DNA from: a virus
Length of the DNA stretch: 64,000 nucleotides
IMG/VR virus record: IMGVR_UViG_3300017971_000013
Coordinates: 39,596-103,595 of that record
Strand: one strand, 5' to 3'
The notes under the pieces are model-generated. The model worked only from the letters and a program-made list of their open reading frames with translations, was not told the DNA's origin and made no database searches. Positions 18,002 to 27,278 of this stretch are shown here, piece by piece (position 1 is the first letter of the stretch; every line of letters begins with the position of its first letter). The position numbers and the translations under genes were made by a program.

Positions 18002-18250
18002 ATGTCTAACTCTAGAGAAGAAGAAAAACTGCCGCCTGAATGTGCGGATGGTGTCCTAGATATCAAAGCGTATGATGCAGCTATCAATAACCCAGACAGG
18101 AAAGCTTATTGGAATCCAGAAGGCAAAAAAAGATGTACATGGTGTTTAAACGTTGTAGAGCAGCTGGCAGATGAGAGGTACTGCGAAACGTGCAGGCGTA
18201 TGTACATTTTTAAACTCAAATCAGAATTCAAGGATACTTCAGAAGCATGA
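18002..18250 (+). CDS. Hypothetical protein with a Cys4 motif
   Basis: AGGAG RBS; CTWC...CETC. Confidence 0.65.
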   Translation: MSNSREEEKLPPECADGVLDIKAYDAAINNPDRKAYWNPEGKKRCTWCLNVVEQLADERYCETCRRMYIFKLKSEFKDTSEA

Positions 18251-18570
18251 ACATTTATGCTTATTCTGTACCAGGCGCAACAATCTTTGTTTCCACCCTA
18301 CAGAAAGCGAGGCTCAGGGCAGAGGAGGTGGCCACAAGAGGCGCTACGGCGGTCGTTCTTAAGTTTGATTTTCCATCTTTGAGCAAAGATCTTGTTGTTA
18401 AATTATGTAATAGCGGTGTTGACGCTGTTCCTTTTGTGAAACTTGAGGAATGGAAACCTCTTTATTACAAATCTAATGACAAGATGGTTTTTGACTCTGT
18501 GGTTCGAAGAGACCTAGGTATACATAAAGCTAAAGAAGAATCGGAAGAAGAGGAGGAGGAAGAGGTATGA
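18247..18570 (+). CDS. Hypothetical protein, acidic tail
   Basis: ATGA-coupled. Confidence 0.65.
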   Translation: MNIYAYSVPGATIFVSTLQKARLRAEEVATRGATAVVLKFDFPSLSKDLVVKLCNSGVDAVPFVKLEEWKPLYYKSNDKMVFDSVVRRDLGIHKAKEESEEEEEEEV

Positions 18571-18800
18571 AACTATTTTTGTTTTTGGTGACATTTTGCG
18601 CGTTGATGTTTAGCGGTTGTCCAAATGACAACTGTGAGGTTGCCTCAACACGTTGTGAAGGGAATGTTGCTCAGGTTTGCAACGCTGATAAGAACTGGCA
18701 AGATTTTCTTAGTTGTGACGAAATGGAAGGCGATTGGGTTTGTGGTCAGGTTCCAGAAACTAAAGATTTCACGTGTTTGCAAGAGGAAGGTTCTGATTAA
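18567..18800 (+). CDS. Cysteine-rich lipoprotein
   Basis: Signal peptide with lipobox FSG-C; six further Cys (C..STRC.GN..QVC...W...C). Confidence 0.75.
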   Translation: MKLFLFLVTFCALMFSGCPNDNCEVASTRCEGNVAQVCNADKNWQDFLSCDEMEGDWVCGQVPETKDFTCLQEEGSD

Positions 18801-19171
18801 TGCCTACTATCAAATTCAAGACTTTTACATATGTTCCAGATCAATTGGAGGAAGAGGTCGGTCAAGATCAGTATTTTTCTGAACGATTACAGCAGGTTCT
18901 GAAGGATGGTAATCGTTTGGTCACATTTAGCACACCAACTTACACAACAGGTGCGGTACGTTTCTCTGTTGTTTACTTGGAGCCTACAACTGAAGAGCTT
19001 GCGCAGGTTGAACAGCAGAAAGAGGCAATGGCGCAAGCACAGGCTGCCCAGGCAGAAGCATCAAAGCAGAATAATGTATCCAATGAACTCGCTATGGAGC
19101 TTTTAAGGTCTCAAAAGCGTGAAATTGAGATGCAAAGGTCAGAAATCGACAGGCTGAAAGGGAGTAGCTGA
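18800..19171 (+). CDS. Hypothetical protein, C-terminal coiled coil
   Basis: TAATG coupling. Confidence 0.65.
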   Translation: MPTIKFKTFTYVPDQLEEEVGQDQYFSERLQQVLKDGNRLVTFSTPTYTTGAVRFSVVYLEPTTEELAQVEQQKEAMAQAQAAQAEASKQNNVSNELAMELLRSQKREIEMQRSEIDRLKGSS

Positions 19172-19770
19172 TGTTGCCGATCACATCTGAAGATGTAAAA
19201 AACTTCTGGGCCTATATGAGCAATCATTATGGTACAGATATTGTTACAAAAGACGATAGTTGGTTTATAGAGATCTTAGCTTTTGCCATGGATACTTTAG
19301 GTATTGTGGATAAAGAAAAATTCATGAATCATTTTACGACAACTATCGGTATGAACATCTATGTGCCTTTTGAAATTGGCACAATGGAAGAAGGTGCACC
19401 TTCTTTGTTGTCTCAGATGGCTACATGTGTTCATGAGCATATGCATGTTAAGCAACATTTAGTAGAACCGGCTTTGTTTGAATTGAAATATCTTTTTGAT
19501 TCTGTACACAGGGCTGCATACGAGGCCAAAGCATACGCTGCCAACATGGAAATGCACTGGTGGTATAACGGGAAGCTTTTAGACACAGAAAAGCTGGCGA
19601 ATAAACTCAAAGGCTATGCTGTTGATGAGGCGGATATTCAGGTAACAAAAAAGACCTTGGATATGCTTAGTGTTACTATTTCTAGAGGAGGTGTTGTTAC
19701 TAAGCCTATGCGTGTGGCCATGAAATGGTTGAAGAAAAGATTTCCAGATCATGTGCCGGGGACACCATGA
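19171..19770 (+). CDS. Putative zincin metalloprotease
   Basis: HEHMH (HExxH) plus a downstream YEAKAY glutamate. Confidence 0.65.
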   Translation: MLPITSEDVKNFWAYMSNHYGTDIVTKDDSWFIEILAFAMDTLGIVDKEKFMNHFTTTIGMNIYVPFEIGTMEEGAPSLLSQMATCVHEHMHVKQHLVEPALFELKYLFDSVHRAAYEAKAYAANMEMHWWYNGKLLDTEKLANKLKGYAVDEADIQVTKKTLDMLSVTISRGGVVTKPMRVAMKWLKKRFPDHVPGTP

Positions 19771-20201
19771 CAGAAATTATTTTTGAGATGTTAGAGAACT
19801 ACCCAAGTGATTGTCCCATACCAAAATATGAATCAGATTGTGCCAGCGGCATGGACGTAAGAGCAGCAAACTCTTATTTATTGTGGCCAGGAAAAACAGC
19901 CCTGATAAAAACAGGCTTGAAAGTAGAAATACCAAAAGGGTTTGAGTTACAGGTGCGTCCTAGGTCAGGTCTAGCTTTAAAACATGGAATAACGGTTTTA
20001 AACGCACCAGGGACAATTGATCAAGATTACAGGGATGAGATTGGAGTTCTTCTTATTAACCACGGAGGGGACACTTTCACTATTGAGAGAGGAGACAGGA
20101 TAGCTCAGCTTGTTTTATCTAGGGTAGAGAAAGCCATACCCAAGGTAGGTGTTGTGAAAGAAACTTCTAGAAAAGGCGGTTTCGGCAGCACTGGGGTGTA
20201 A
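19767..20201 (+). CDS. dut: Trimeric dUTPase
   Basis: ASGMD, RPRSGLA, GTIDQDYRDEI, GDRIAQL and RKGGFGSTG motifs I-V. Confidence 0.97.
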   Translation: MTEIIFEMLENYPSDCPIPKYESDCASGMDVRAANSYLLWPGKTALIKTGLKVEIPKGFELQVRPRSGLALKHGITVLNAPGTIDQDYRDEIGVLLINHGGDTFTIERGDRIAQLVLSRVEKAIPKVGVVKETSRKGGFGSTGV

Positions 20202-20208
20202 GAGGACT

Positions 20209-20248
20209 GAAGACCCCGCTTGCATTTTTGTAGGCGGGGTTTTCTTTT
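20209..20248 (+). terminator. Rho-independent terminator
   Basis: GAAGACCCCGCTTGCA/TGTAGGCGGGGTTTTC stem followed by a T-run. Confidence 0.8.
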
Positions 20249-20269
20249 AACATTGCAAGGTGGCAACTT

Positions 20270-20704
20270 ATGGAAGTAACTATAGCTAAGAATTTTCATT
20301 TTGAAGCAGCTCATAGGCTAAAAGACCATTTTGGTAAATGTGAATTTATTCATGGTCATTCTTACAAATTAGAGCTTTTTCTTACTGGTTCTGTAGATCC
20401 AGACACAGGTGTTGTGCTGGATTTTCTTTTGTTTGATAGGTTGTACTATCATAAATGTGAGGCATTGGCTATAGCTGATTTTGACCACGCCTTTATTATA
20501 CAAGAAGAAGATCCTGTGAATGTAAAAATATATGCTCGTGTGATTGAGATTGGGTCTCCTCCTACTGTTGAGAATCTTGTGTTGATCTTCAAAAATATTA
20601 TTGTCGATGCTTTGTCAAAAGATAAAGAATCTTATGGAAATATATGCGGCGGAAAGCTTATTTTATGGGAAACTGAAAGATCGCGCGCAGAGGTATCATT
20701 TTAA
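20270..20704 (+). CDS. queD: 6-carboxy-5,6,7,8-tetrahydropterin synthase
   Basis: FHFEAAHRL, CEFIHGHSY, LDF, DHAF, PTVENL and WETE motifs. Confidence 0.92.
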   Translation: MEVTIAKNFHFEAAHRLKDHFGKCEFIHGHSYKLELFLTGSVDPDTGVVLDFLLFDRLYYHKCEALAIADFDHAFIIQEEDPVNVKIYARVIEIGSPPTVENLVLIFKNIIVDALSKDKESYGNICGGKLILWETERSRAEVSF

Positions 20705-20720
20705 AGTAGGGGGGATTGCA

Positions 20721-21122
20721 ATGTCAGGTAAATTTTTGTATGATGCACTAGAAGCAGTGCTTAATAACACTGTATCAGGAGGAAATGCGCCCCATTTAGA
20801 TCTTTTTTGGGCAACTTTTCCTCAGGTGCTTTTTATGCCTATAGATTCTTCACGCCAAACTTTTTCCCTCCTATCTACGGTAGCTCCAGCACCAGATGCG
20901 GATGTCCCGCAATTAGAAGAGACATTTATAGAGCAACCTGTCAAGACCCTCATGCTAGAGGACATTAAATTCCTTTACTTGAGGGCTTTGCATCTTCTGG
21001 TTGTGGATTCTTCTTTTCTTGAAAAATATAAAGATACAATGCGGATGCCTAAATTGCTTGAATTTATGGTGTCTTTGGGGTTGTTTAAGACAGGGAGGAG
21101 GCAATGCCGGGTAAACAGGTGA
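20721..21122 (+). CDS. Hypothetical protein
   Basis: Start at 20721 after a GGGGGA RBS. Confidence 0.6.
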   Translation: MSGKFLYDALEAVLNNTVSGGNAPHLDLFWATFPQVLFMPIDSSRQTFSLLSTVAPAPDADVPQLEETFIEQPVKTLMLEDIKFLYLRALHLLVVDSSFLEKYKDTMRMPKLLEFMVSLGLFKTGRRQCRVNR

Positions 21123-21250
21123 AGAATTGGAAACAATACCATGCGTTGAGACGTAAAGGGCTTTCAAAAACATCTTCGGCGAAGATAGCTAACGCGCGCA
21201 GCCGTAGAAGAAAACATGGTGGAAGCTGCTCAAAAGCTAAACGGAGATAA
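21104..21250 (+). CDS. 48-aa basic protein (not in ORF track)
   Basis: GGAGGAGG RBS; MPGKQVKNWKQYHALRRKGLSKTSSAKIANARSRRRKHGGSCSKAKRR; the Y.ALRR.G.SK..AA.IAN pattern is seen in small basic phage/bacterial proteins. Confidence 0.75.
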   Translation: MPGKQVKNWKQYHALRRKGLSKTSSAKIANARSRRRKHGGSCSKAKRR

Positions 21251-21252
21251 TA

Positions 21253-21654
21253 ATGAGTATAACGCGTGATGCAAGCAATACTCTGTACTATGCTGCAAAA
21301 GCAACTCGTGTGTTTGCTGATGAAACTGTGCCTGAAGCAATAGATGCTATCACTGGAGCTTTGGGCGTAGACACTAAGAACTGTTCTACTTACACTATTT
21401 CGGTGAGGGCGTGGCCACCTGCTGCAGGTATTACTTTCAATGTTATTTGTGTCGGTATGATGACCGGCAAAGATAGACTTGCAACGTATAAATTTTGGTC
21501 TCGTTGTAGAAATTCTTCTTTTTTGGGTATTGGTGACCCAACTTTTACTGAATCTTTGAATGTCGAGAATTTTGAACGTGTATATGCGGCGATTACAGGC
21601 ATCATTGGTCTTAATCCCGGAGAATATATAGTGAAGATTGAAAGAGCAATCTAA
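21253..21654 (+). CDS. Putative virion structural protein
   Basis: First gene of the fibre cluster; beta-rich. Confidence 0.6.
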   Translation: MSITRDASNTLYYAAKATRVFADETVPEAIDAITGALGVDTKNCSTYTISVRAWPPAAGITFNVICVGMMTGKDRLATYKFWSRCRNSSFLGIGDPTFTESLNVENFERVYAAITGIIGLNPGEYIVKIERAI

Positions 21655-21666
21655 TAAGGGGATGCC

Positions 21667-23427
21667 ATGCCGTTAAGTACAAATAACATTTCTATTCCAG
21701 ATGGAGGCGCTGGCGGACCTACTACTGCAAATTTAGTTACTTGCGACACTACAAACTTCAATAACAACCTCAGCGCGGCCGATGTCAATGTCCAGTTGGC
21801 CTTAGAGACTTTGGACGATATGGTGGCAGGCGGCGCGGTTGAGGTACAAGATGAAGGTGTTGTAGTCGTACCAGCAGCGCAGGTGATCAATTTTATTGGT
21901 GCCGATGTGTTAGCTGTACAGAATGGCGGAAACCCGAATCAGGTTGACGTCTATATTCCTGCAATTACTTTTCAACCTTTCTATAATCAATCTAATCCGT
22001 CAGGTAATGCGGTAGTACCGAACATACCTACATCAAATAGAAACATAGCAGATCCAGCGCCTGCTAATAATTTTGATATAGGTTCATGGGTGCCAGGTTC
22101 CGTACACCCAGCTTCAAATGATGGCACTACAGGTTACGCACATGCAGATCCTTGTAGTTTCATTGATTTAACAACTACGGTTGAGGTTACTGTTTATGAT
22201 GCAGATGACGTAACTCCTCTGGCTAATTACATAACGCCTGCTATAACAGGCAATATTGTGCTTCCTTCAGGGGCAATAACGGTCACAATTTCTAACTGGG
22301 CACCTGATTCAACTCAATGGCAAGCAAATATTGATGTTGATTTAAATCTTCCTCTGTTAATAGCAAATGGAGGTAGATACTCTGTTGAAATTGTGCATCA
22401 TAATGCAGGTACAGATTACACAAAAACACAAGGCCCGTTATTTTATGATGCAGAAGCGTTTGCTGCTGTGTTGGCAGGTGTAACGATAGCTGAGACTCCT
22501 GGTTTCGTAGTAACTAGGTTTATTTCAGGTGTTGAATATTATGACACGGGGTCAGATTTTACTATTGACATAGCTGACATTGATTACACCAACTCAGATT
22601 CTTACATAGCTGCGGATTTGATCGAATGTAATGGTGTTGAATACGGATTACCCACATTAACACCTGGAAGTGTTGATCTTACGGGCTGGGCAGGCGCGTG
22701 GGATGTCAATAACATGACTTACAATAATACGGTCTGGGAAATTACAGCCGTAAACTTCTTCACAGCTACAACTACCGCCAATGTATCTTCCAGAACTTTA
22801 GATTGGATAAATGGCGCGTGGGTAAATTCTGCAAACGCATCAATTCTTATTGATACGCATACAGATGTTTCTACTAGGTTGATTGAGCGTTTCTATGATG
22901 AGCAATGGCGTTGCCCTGTAACAGGCAACTTTGATTTGCCAGGACAAAGATCGTGGGATTCTACCATAGATGTTTTGGCTACGGACGCTGTTTTTTACAA
23001 CGGCGGATGCGAGAGAAATGTAACTGATTTTACTATCTATGATCCAAATGCAGCCTCACAGCCAGATTATTCAGGGGCTTTTATGGATCCTATCGTGTAT
23101 CTCTATAGAGAATTCATGCACGATGGGGCAGCTTCTTCTGGGTTCACATTAAATATAGCGGGCACCTATACGTCCCTAGAGATGAAACTGGCGGCCGCTT
23201 GGGATGGAACACCTGGAGGGGGTACTGTTTGGGTAGATATGTTAGCGGCGTATAATGCTGCGCAATGGAATAATGGGAATCCATTAGCAGGTACTGGTAG
23301 CTGGACAGGTGCCGCTCATTATACCTTCGGTTCGAATAACATTGTTAACACTGGAGACACACTCTACCTCCGTATAGGTTTTTCAGCTGGAGAAAGAATC
23401 ACCGCTCTCAGTGTGACTTTTGATTAA
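21667..23427 (+). CDS. Virion fibre/decoration-like protein
   Basis: Lys-free, T/N/D/G-rich beta protein; N-terminal DTTNF...DVNVQ.ALETLDD motif shared with 32929-33225. Confidence 0.7.
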   Translation: MPLSTNNISIPDGGAGGPTTANLVTCDTTNFNNNLSAADVNVQLALETLDDMVAGGAVEVQDEGVVVVPAAQVINFIGADVLAVQNGGNPNQVDVYIPAITFQPFYNQSNPSGNAVVPNIPTSNRNIADPAPANNFDIGSWVPGSVHPASNDGTTGYAHADPCSFIDLTTTVEVTVYDADDVTPLANYITPAITGNIVLPSGAITVTISNWAPDSTQWQANIDVDLNLPLLIANGGRYSVEIVHHNAGTDYTKTQGPLFYDAEAFAAVLAGVTIAETPGFVVTRFISGVEYYDTGSDFTIDIADIDYTNSDSYIAADLIECNGVEYGLPTLTPGSVDLTGWAGAWDVNNMTYNNTVWEITAVNFFTATTTANVSSRTLDWINGAWVNSANASILIDTHTDVSTRLIERFYDEQWRCPVTGNFDLPGQRSWDSTIDVLATDAVFYNGGCERNVTDFTIYDPNAASQPDYSGAFMDPIVYLYREFMHDGAASSGFTLNIAGTYTSLEMKLAAAWDGTPGGGTVWVDMLAAYNAAQWNNGNPLAGTGSWTGAAHYTFGSNNIVNTGDTLYLRIGFSAGERITALSVTFD

Positions 23428-23466
23428 ACGTTGCCATGTGACAACTTTAAATATCTGGAGGCCATC

Positions 23467-23646
23467 ATGGCAGTATTTTCTGAACCTATAAGGTTTACGG
23501 GTAATGTGGAAGATGGAACAGGGACCATAAGCTTAGCTGTAAATGATACAATGGTTACTGTGAAAAGCATGTCTAAAAGAGAGGTACAGCAGCTGTATGC
23601 TGAGCTAGACCTTTTCCTCAAGACTCAAGATGAGGAGGAGGAATAA
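23467..23646 (+). CDS. Small hypothetical protein
   Basis: GGAGG RBS before ATG 23467; TAATG coupling to the next gene. Confidence 0.6.
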   Translation: MAVFSEPIRFTGNVEDGTGTISLAVNDTMVTVKSMSKREVQQLYAELDLFLKTQDEEEE

Positions 23647-25505
23647 TGCCTTTCTCTGACGAGGAAATTCGCGTAAAATCTGATAAACTTTCTTTGCAGA
23701 TTTCAGGAGGCGCGGATCAGGCTCCAGGAAAAAAGTTCTGGTATAATGAGGAGCATCCTTGGTCTCCTATTGTTGTACCTGATAACATTTGGTCTGATTT
23801 TGCTACAATACCTCCAGCTACAACGCCAGCTCAGGCAGATGCAAATGCTATAGCTAATCCCACTATTATTGAAAGGTTGGAAACCAGGTTAACTAACAAT
23901 CCAACTAGCAATAATAGGCAATATGAAGCTAGACAAACTTATGGTGATCGGACCAGTGATATTTATGTCAACTGGATCCAGCCTGCTCTCGTTAGAGATA
24001 GCGGTGCGCCCTCAAACGGATACATCATCCGACTGTATAATGGTGATCCCTCTGGAGGCGGTGTAGAGTTACCAACTACTTGGAATGGTGGTCCAGATGG
24101 TGCCCCCTCTTGGGAATGGAATTACTCTACTGGTGTTTTAAAGGTTTCTACTGATCAATCTGCAAACTATGGTGCTATAGATGCTGGCGCCGGTTTATGG
24201 GTTCAGGGTTTCAGATATATCGGGCCTACAGGAGGAGGTGCTTCCACTGTTGCAAGCACACCTAAAAGACTTGGCGCAATTGATATAGATGGCGCAGTTA
24301 ACCTAGTAAATACAGATTATGTTTTGTACACTGTTCCAGCAGGGTCTTATGCATTATCTGCCTTTGTTGTTGTGTGTAACAGAAACGCGGCGTTGGCAAC
24401 AACTGTAAGAATTGCACATTCTGTGGCTGGGCCACTAAACAATGAAGATTACATATTTTATGATGTAGATGTGCTAGCTTACGAATCTAAATTCATTTCT
24501 ATACCAGGCATGTCTGCTGGTGATTATATTACAGTAAGAGCAGATACTTCTGATACGGATTTTATGATTCGTGGTTTTGAAGATGTTGGAACTGCGCCTG
24601 TTCAACGCATAGCAGCGCTTGCCACAGATATAGGAACCAGAAATACAGATCTCCAAGCCTACTTAAGTACACAGGATTCTAGTGATGTTAAATACTACAT
24701 TTGTAATCATAATGGTGCTTTAGCTACGCGCGTGCGCGTGGCGCATATAGATGATGTTGTTGTTGGTAGTTTACTACCAGAGGACTACGAACTATATGAG
24801 GAAGAATTAGTAGCCACTGAATCTAGAGGATATTGTACTGGTCTTCAAATGTCTGCTAATCAGACTTTGATGTTTCGCGCAGATGAAGCAGATGTGAACA
24901 TTGTTGTTTATTGTTCATTTGGAGGAACGGGTGGAGGCGGTGGAGGAGGTGTTTCTTTATGGCAAGAAATAGGTACCGACTTAAGTCCTCTAACTCCAGG
25001 TAACAATGTGACTGTTCCTGGCGCAAGGCTGACTCTAGGTGATGATGTAGATCCTCAATTCTTTGAATCCATCACACAAGCTTCAGGCCAAGCTACCCAG
25101 GTTGGTGACAGCCAATATGAACGTGTTGTCTGTTATGGTGAGACTTTTGATGCGGCCTGGACAGTTCTCTATCCAGGCGGCAATGCCGCTAACAATTTGA
25201 CTTTAGTTGCAGGTTCATCTTATACTTGCAGGGTTCTTGTAACTGGAGTTCAGTACGGCGGCATTTTAGGGTCTCAGTATGATACTTGGGCATATGAATT
25301 GATAGGAAACATTGTGCTGGCCGGAGGTGTCACTACAATGCATTCTTATATCTCAAATACAATATTTGAAGCAGATAATACCTTTGATGTGCAATTAGTT
25401 GCAGATGACATCAATGATGCAATTCAGGTCCAGGTTAGAGGCGGTGTTAGTAAGTCCGTGCGATGGACCGCCGTTGTTGAACTTATAAATAGTTATGGTG
25501 GCTAG
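23646..25505 (+). CDS. Multi-domain tail-fibre/adhesin-like protein
   Basis: Gly-rich linkers; two tandem beta-sandwich repeats (VCNRNAALATTVRIAH / ICNHNGALATRVRVAH); C-terminal VRWTAVVE domain. Confidence 0.7.
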   Translation: MPFSDEEIRVKSDKLSLQISGGADQAPGKKFWYNEEHPWSPIVVPDNIWSDFATIPPATTPAQADANAIANPTIIERLETRLTNNPTSNNRQYEARQTYGDRTSDIYVNWIQPALVRDSGAPSNGYIIRLYNGDPSGGGVELPTTWNGGPDGAPSWEWNYSTGVLKVSTDQSANYGAIDAGAGLWVQGFRYIGPTGGGASTVASTPKRLGAIDIDGAVNLVNTDYVLYTVPAGSYALSAFVVVCNRNAALATTVRIAHSVAGPLNNEDYIFYDVDVLAYESKFISIPGMSAGDYITVRADTSDTDFMIRGFEDVGTAPVQRIAALATDIGTRNTDLQAYLSTQDSSDVKYYICNHNGALATRVRVAHIDDVVVGSLLPEDYELYEEELVATESRGYCTGLQMSANQTLMFRADEADVNIVVYCSFGGTGGGGGGGVSLWQEIGTDLSPLTPGNNVTVPGARLTLGDDVDPQFFESITQASGQATQVGDSQYERVVCYGETFDAAWTVLYPGGNAANNLTLVAGSSYTCRVLVTGVQYGGILGSQYDTWAYELIGNIVLAGGVTTMHSYISNTIFEADNTFDVQLVADDINDAIQVQVRGGVSKSVRWTAVVELINSYGG

Positions 25506-26745
25506 TATGCAAAACAATGTCCAAGGAAAGGTCGTTGGCTTGGGCGGTAATTTGCCGAGCCACGTAAGACTGGAACCTTCTTTTCATGATCATTGTAACT
25601 GCAGGGGTTGGACTCCTGCAGCCCTTGGGTCTGGAAATAGTTTCCTTAATAGGTTTTGGAATAGGGCAAACACTGATTGGAACAATCATTGGAAATATAA
25701 ATGGTGGGAATTCTTTCCTCAAGGAGGTACTGTAGATCCATTTGGTCCAAGAAGGTTTGATACCACTGTTGAACTTGCTAATTACCTAGCTGATAACCTA
25801 CCGATGCTTGCTGGCAATTATGATGATGGTGTGAATGTGCGGTGTTATGATGCCGTAGATTATGCTGATTCATTTCCGCGCATAAGAATTGTTCGCAATT
25901 CTATTATAGGCTCGGTTAGAGGCAGGCGTAGATGGTTAGTAGGCTTTAGCTCCGAAACTTGTGGTATTTCTTCGGGCTTTAATGCCCCTAACTATTATGC
26001 AGGTGGCTTTCCTGGTAACACGGGTCGTTTGTTTGTTCAGAAATATACAGGCTTTTTACCAGGGACAAATAACGATGACGTTGTGTGGGCTACGAGGAAG
26101 AAACGCACTATGTGGTCGTTCCCTAAGGTAGGTAATCTGATTCAAGACTTACCCCCTGGAGCAAGAAGGGCTGCGTGGAATACAAACACTTTAAATTGGG
26201 TGACTCCAGCTCCTCAGCTTAGTTACGCATTTCAAAATCCTTTTCTGTGGTATGAAAACTACTGGGGCGGGGTTTTGGCTGTTGGTTATCCTAGTGACTT
26301 AGGTCAATCTTACAGAGAGGCTGTTCTTAATGGACCAGCAGCACTTGTGTTTCCTGTAGTCTCTGGGGATCATGTCGCTTTTGCTGTTTATCCAATGGGT
26401 TTTGATACTTTTTACACGGATAGACTAGGTACAGACGAAGAGCTTATCACAAAAGCAACCTTTAAAAGACAATCAACTCCAAGATACAAAGTTCTAACAT
26501 CTTCAAGCGTCGATCGTGATGTTGAAATGTTCCACACCGGAGACGGTGGAGGAAATCATTTTATGCAGTCAACGGATTGGCCAAACTCAAGCAATGATGG
26601 TATACGTGTACCTCATAAGGTGTATGTAGCTAAACGTAACACTGTGACAGGTGTGCGTTCAAAATGGGTTAAATTAGGAATCTTTCATCATCGTGTTCCT
26701 CATTCATCCCATAGGTTTGATCCAGCCTATAAATGGACAGGATAA
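25495..26745 (+). CDS. Unknown protein, paralogue A (followed by 3x30-nt hairpin array A)
   Basis: 416-aa W/R-rich ORF; aligns by eye with the C-terminal ~400 aa of 27275-28987; alternative start 25507. Confidence 0.8.
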   Translation: MVASMQNNVQGKVVGLGGNLPSHVRLEPSFHDHCNCRGWTPAALGSGNSFLNRFWNRANTDWNNHWKYKWWEFFPQGGTVDPFGPRRFDTTVELANYLADNLPMLAGNYDDGVNVRCYDAVDYADSFPRIRIVRNSIIGSVRGRRRWLVGFSSETCGISSGFNAPNYYAGGFPGNTGRLFVQKYTGFLPGTNNDDVVWATRKKRTMWSFPKVGNLIQDLPPGARRAAWNTNTLNWVTPAPQLSYAFQNPFLWYENYWGGVLAVGYPSDLGQSYREAVLNGPAALVFPVVSGDHVAFAVYPMGFDTFYTDRLGTDEELITKATFKRQSTPRYKVLTSSSVDRDVEMFHTGDGGGNHFMQSTDWPNSSNDGIRVPHKVYVAKRNTVTGVRSKWVKLGIFHHRVPHSSHRFDPAYKWTG

Positions 26746-26788
26746 GATTCAGATGTTGCCAACTGGCAATGTTTGATTCCCCGTGAGA

Positions 26789-26878
26789 GGGGCTGCTATG
26801 TAGTAATGCAGCCCCAACGGGGTCACTTTGTAGTAATGTGGCCCCAAAGGGGCTGCCTTGTAGTAGTGCAGCCCCAAT
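26789..26878 (+). repeat. Array A: three tandem 30-nt hairpin repeats (candidate structured RNA)
   Basis: GGGGCTGC-TATGTAGTAAT-GCAGCCCC-AAC / GGGGTCAC-TTTGTAGTAAT-GTGGCCCC-AAA / GGGGCTGC-CTTGTAGTAGT-GCAGCCCC-AAT; compensatory stem changes. Confidence 0.9.
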
Positions 26879-26927
26879 GAGATGCCTCTAAAGGAGAGCC
26901 AGCCAGGTTCGATTCCTGGGCATCTCA
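26879..26927 (+). ncRNA. Anticodon-less tRNA-like element
   Basis: 7-bp acceptor stem GAGATGC/GCATCTC + A; D-like arm CTCT-AAAGG-AGAG; T-arm CCAGG-TTCGATT-CCTGG; only CCAG where the anticodon arm would be. Confidence 0.7.
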
Positions 26928-26954
26928 CTTTTGTGTTTCACTAAGAGGAATGTA

Positions 26955-27278
26955 ATGAAAGAATTACAGGTTAGAGGCACTACTGGTCAAAGACACTCTG
27001 GTGGGCAGCAAAACACTACGTCTGTATCCACCTTGACTGTGGCAGATTATGATTTAACTGATATGCGTTACGGGGGAGAATTCCTCCTTACGCCAGACGG
27101 TTCTTCTACTTTGTTAGAGTTGCTTCAGGCCGAAGCTCCTTGGGATTTGATGGAGACTTATACACTGGAGGAGCCTCCAGAAGATAATCAGTTAAGTTTA
27201 GCTGTGGTACCTTCGGCCGGTGCCACTGTTCGTGTTTTGTTGACTGCACGAATTGATTGTCAGGATCCTGTAACATGA
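26955..27278 (+). CDS. Small protein, paralogue of 37992-38348 (fibre-associated/chaperone candidate)
   Basis: GAGGA RBS; GGEFLLTPDGSSTLLELLQ...VPSAGATVRV...DCQD vs GGDVVLDADGTKNILELIQ...VPVSGSKVVV...TCEE. Confidence 0.7.
   Translation: MKELQVRGTTGQRHSGGQQNTTSVSTLTVADYDLTDMRYGGEFLLTPDGSSTLLELLQAEAPWDLMETYTLEEPPEDNQLSLAVVPSAGATVRVLLTARIDCQDPVT

Noticed and set aside
26879-26927. Functional tRNA gene
   Set aside because: It is only 49 nt with no anticodon arm; kept as a tRNA-like element instead.
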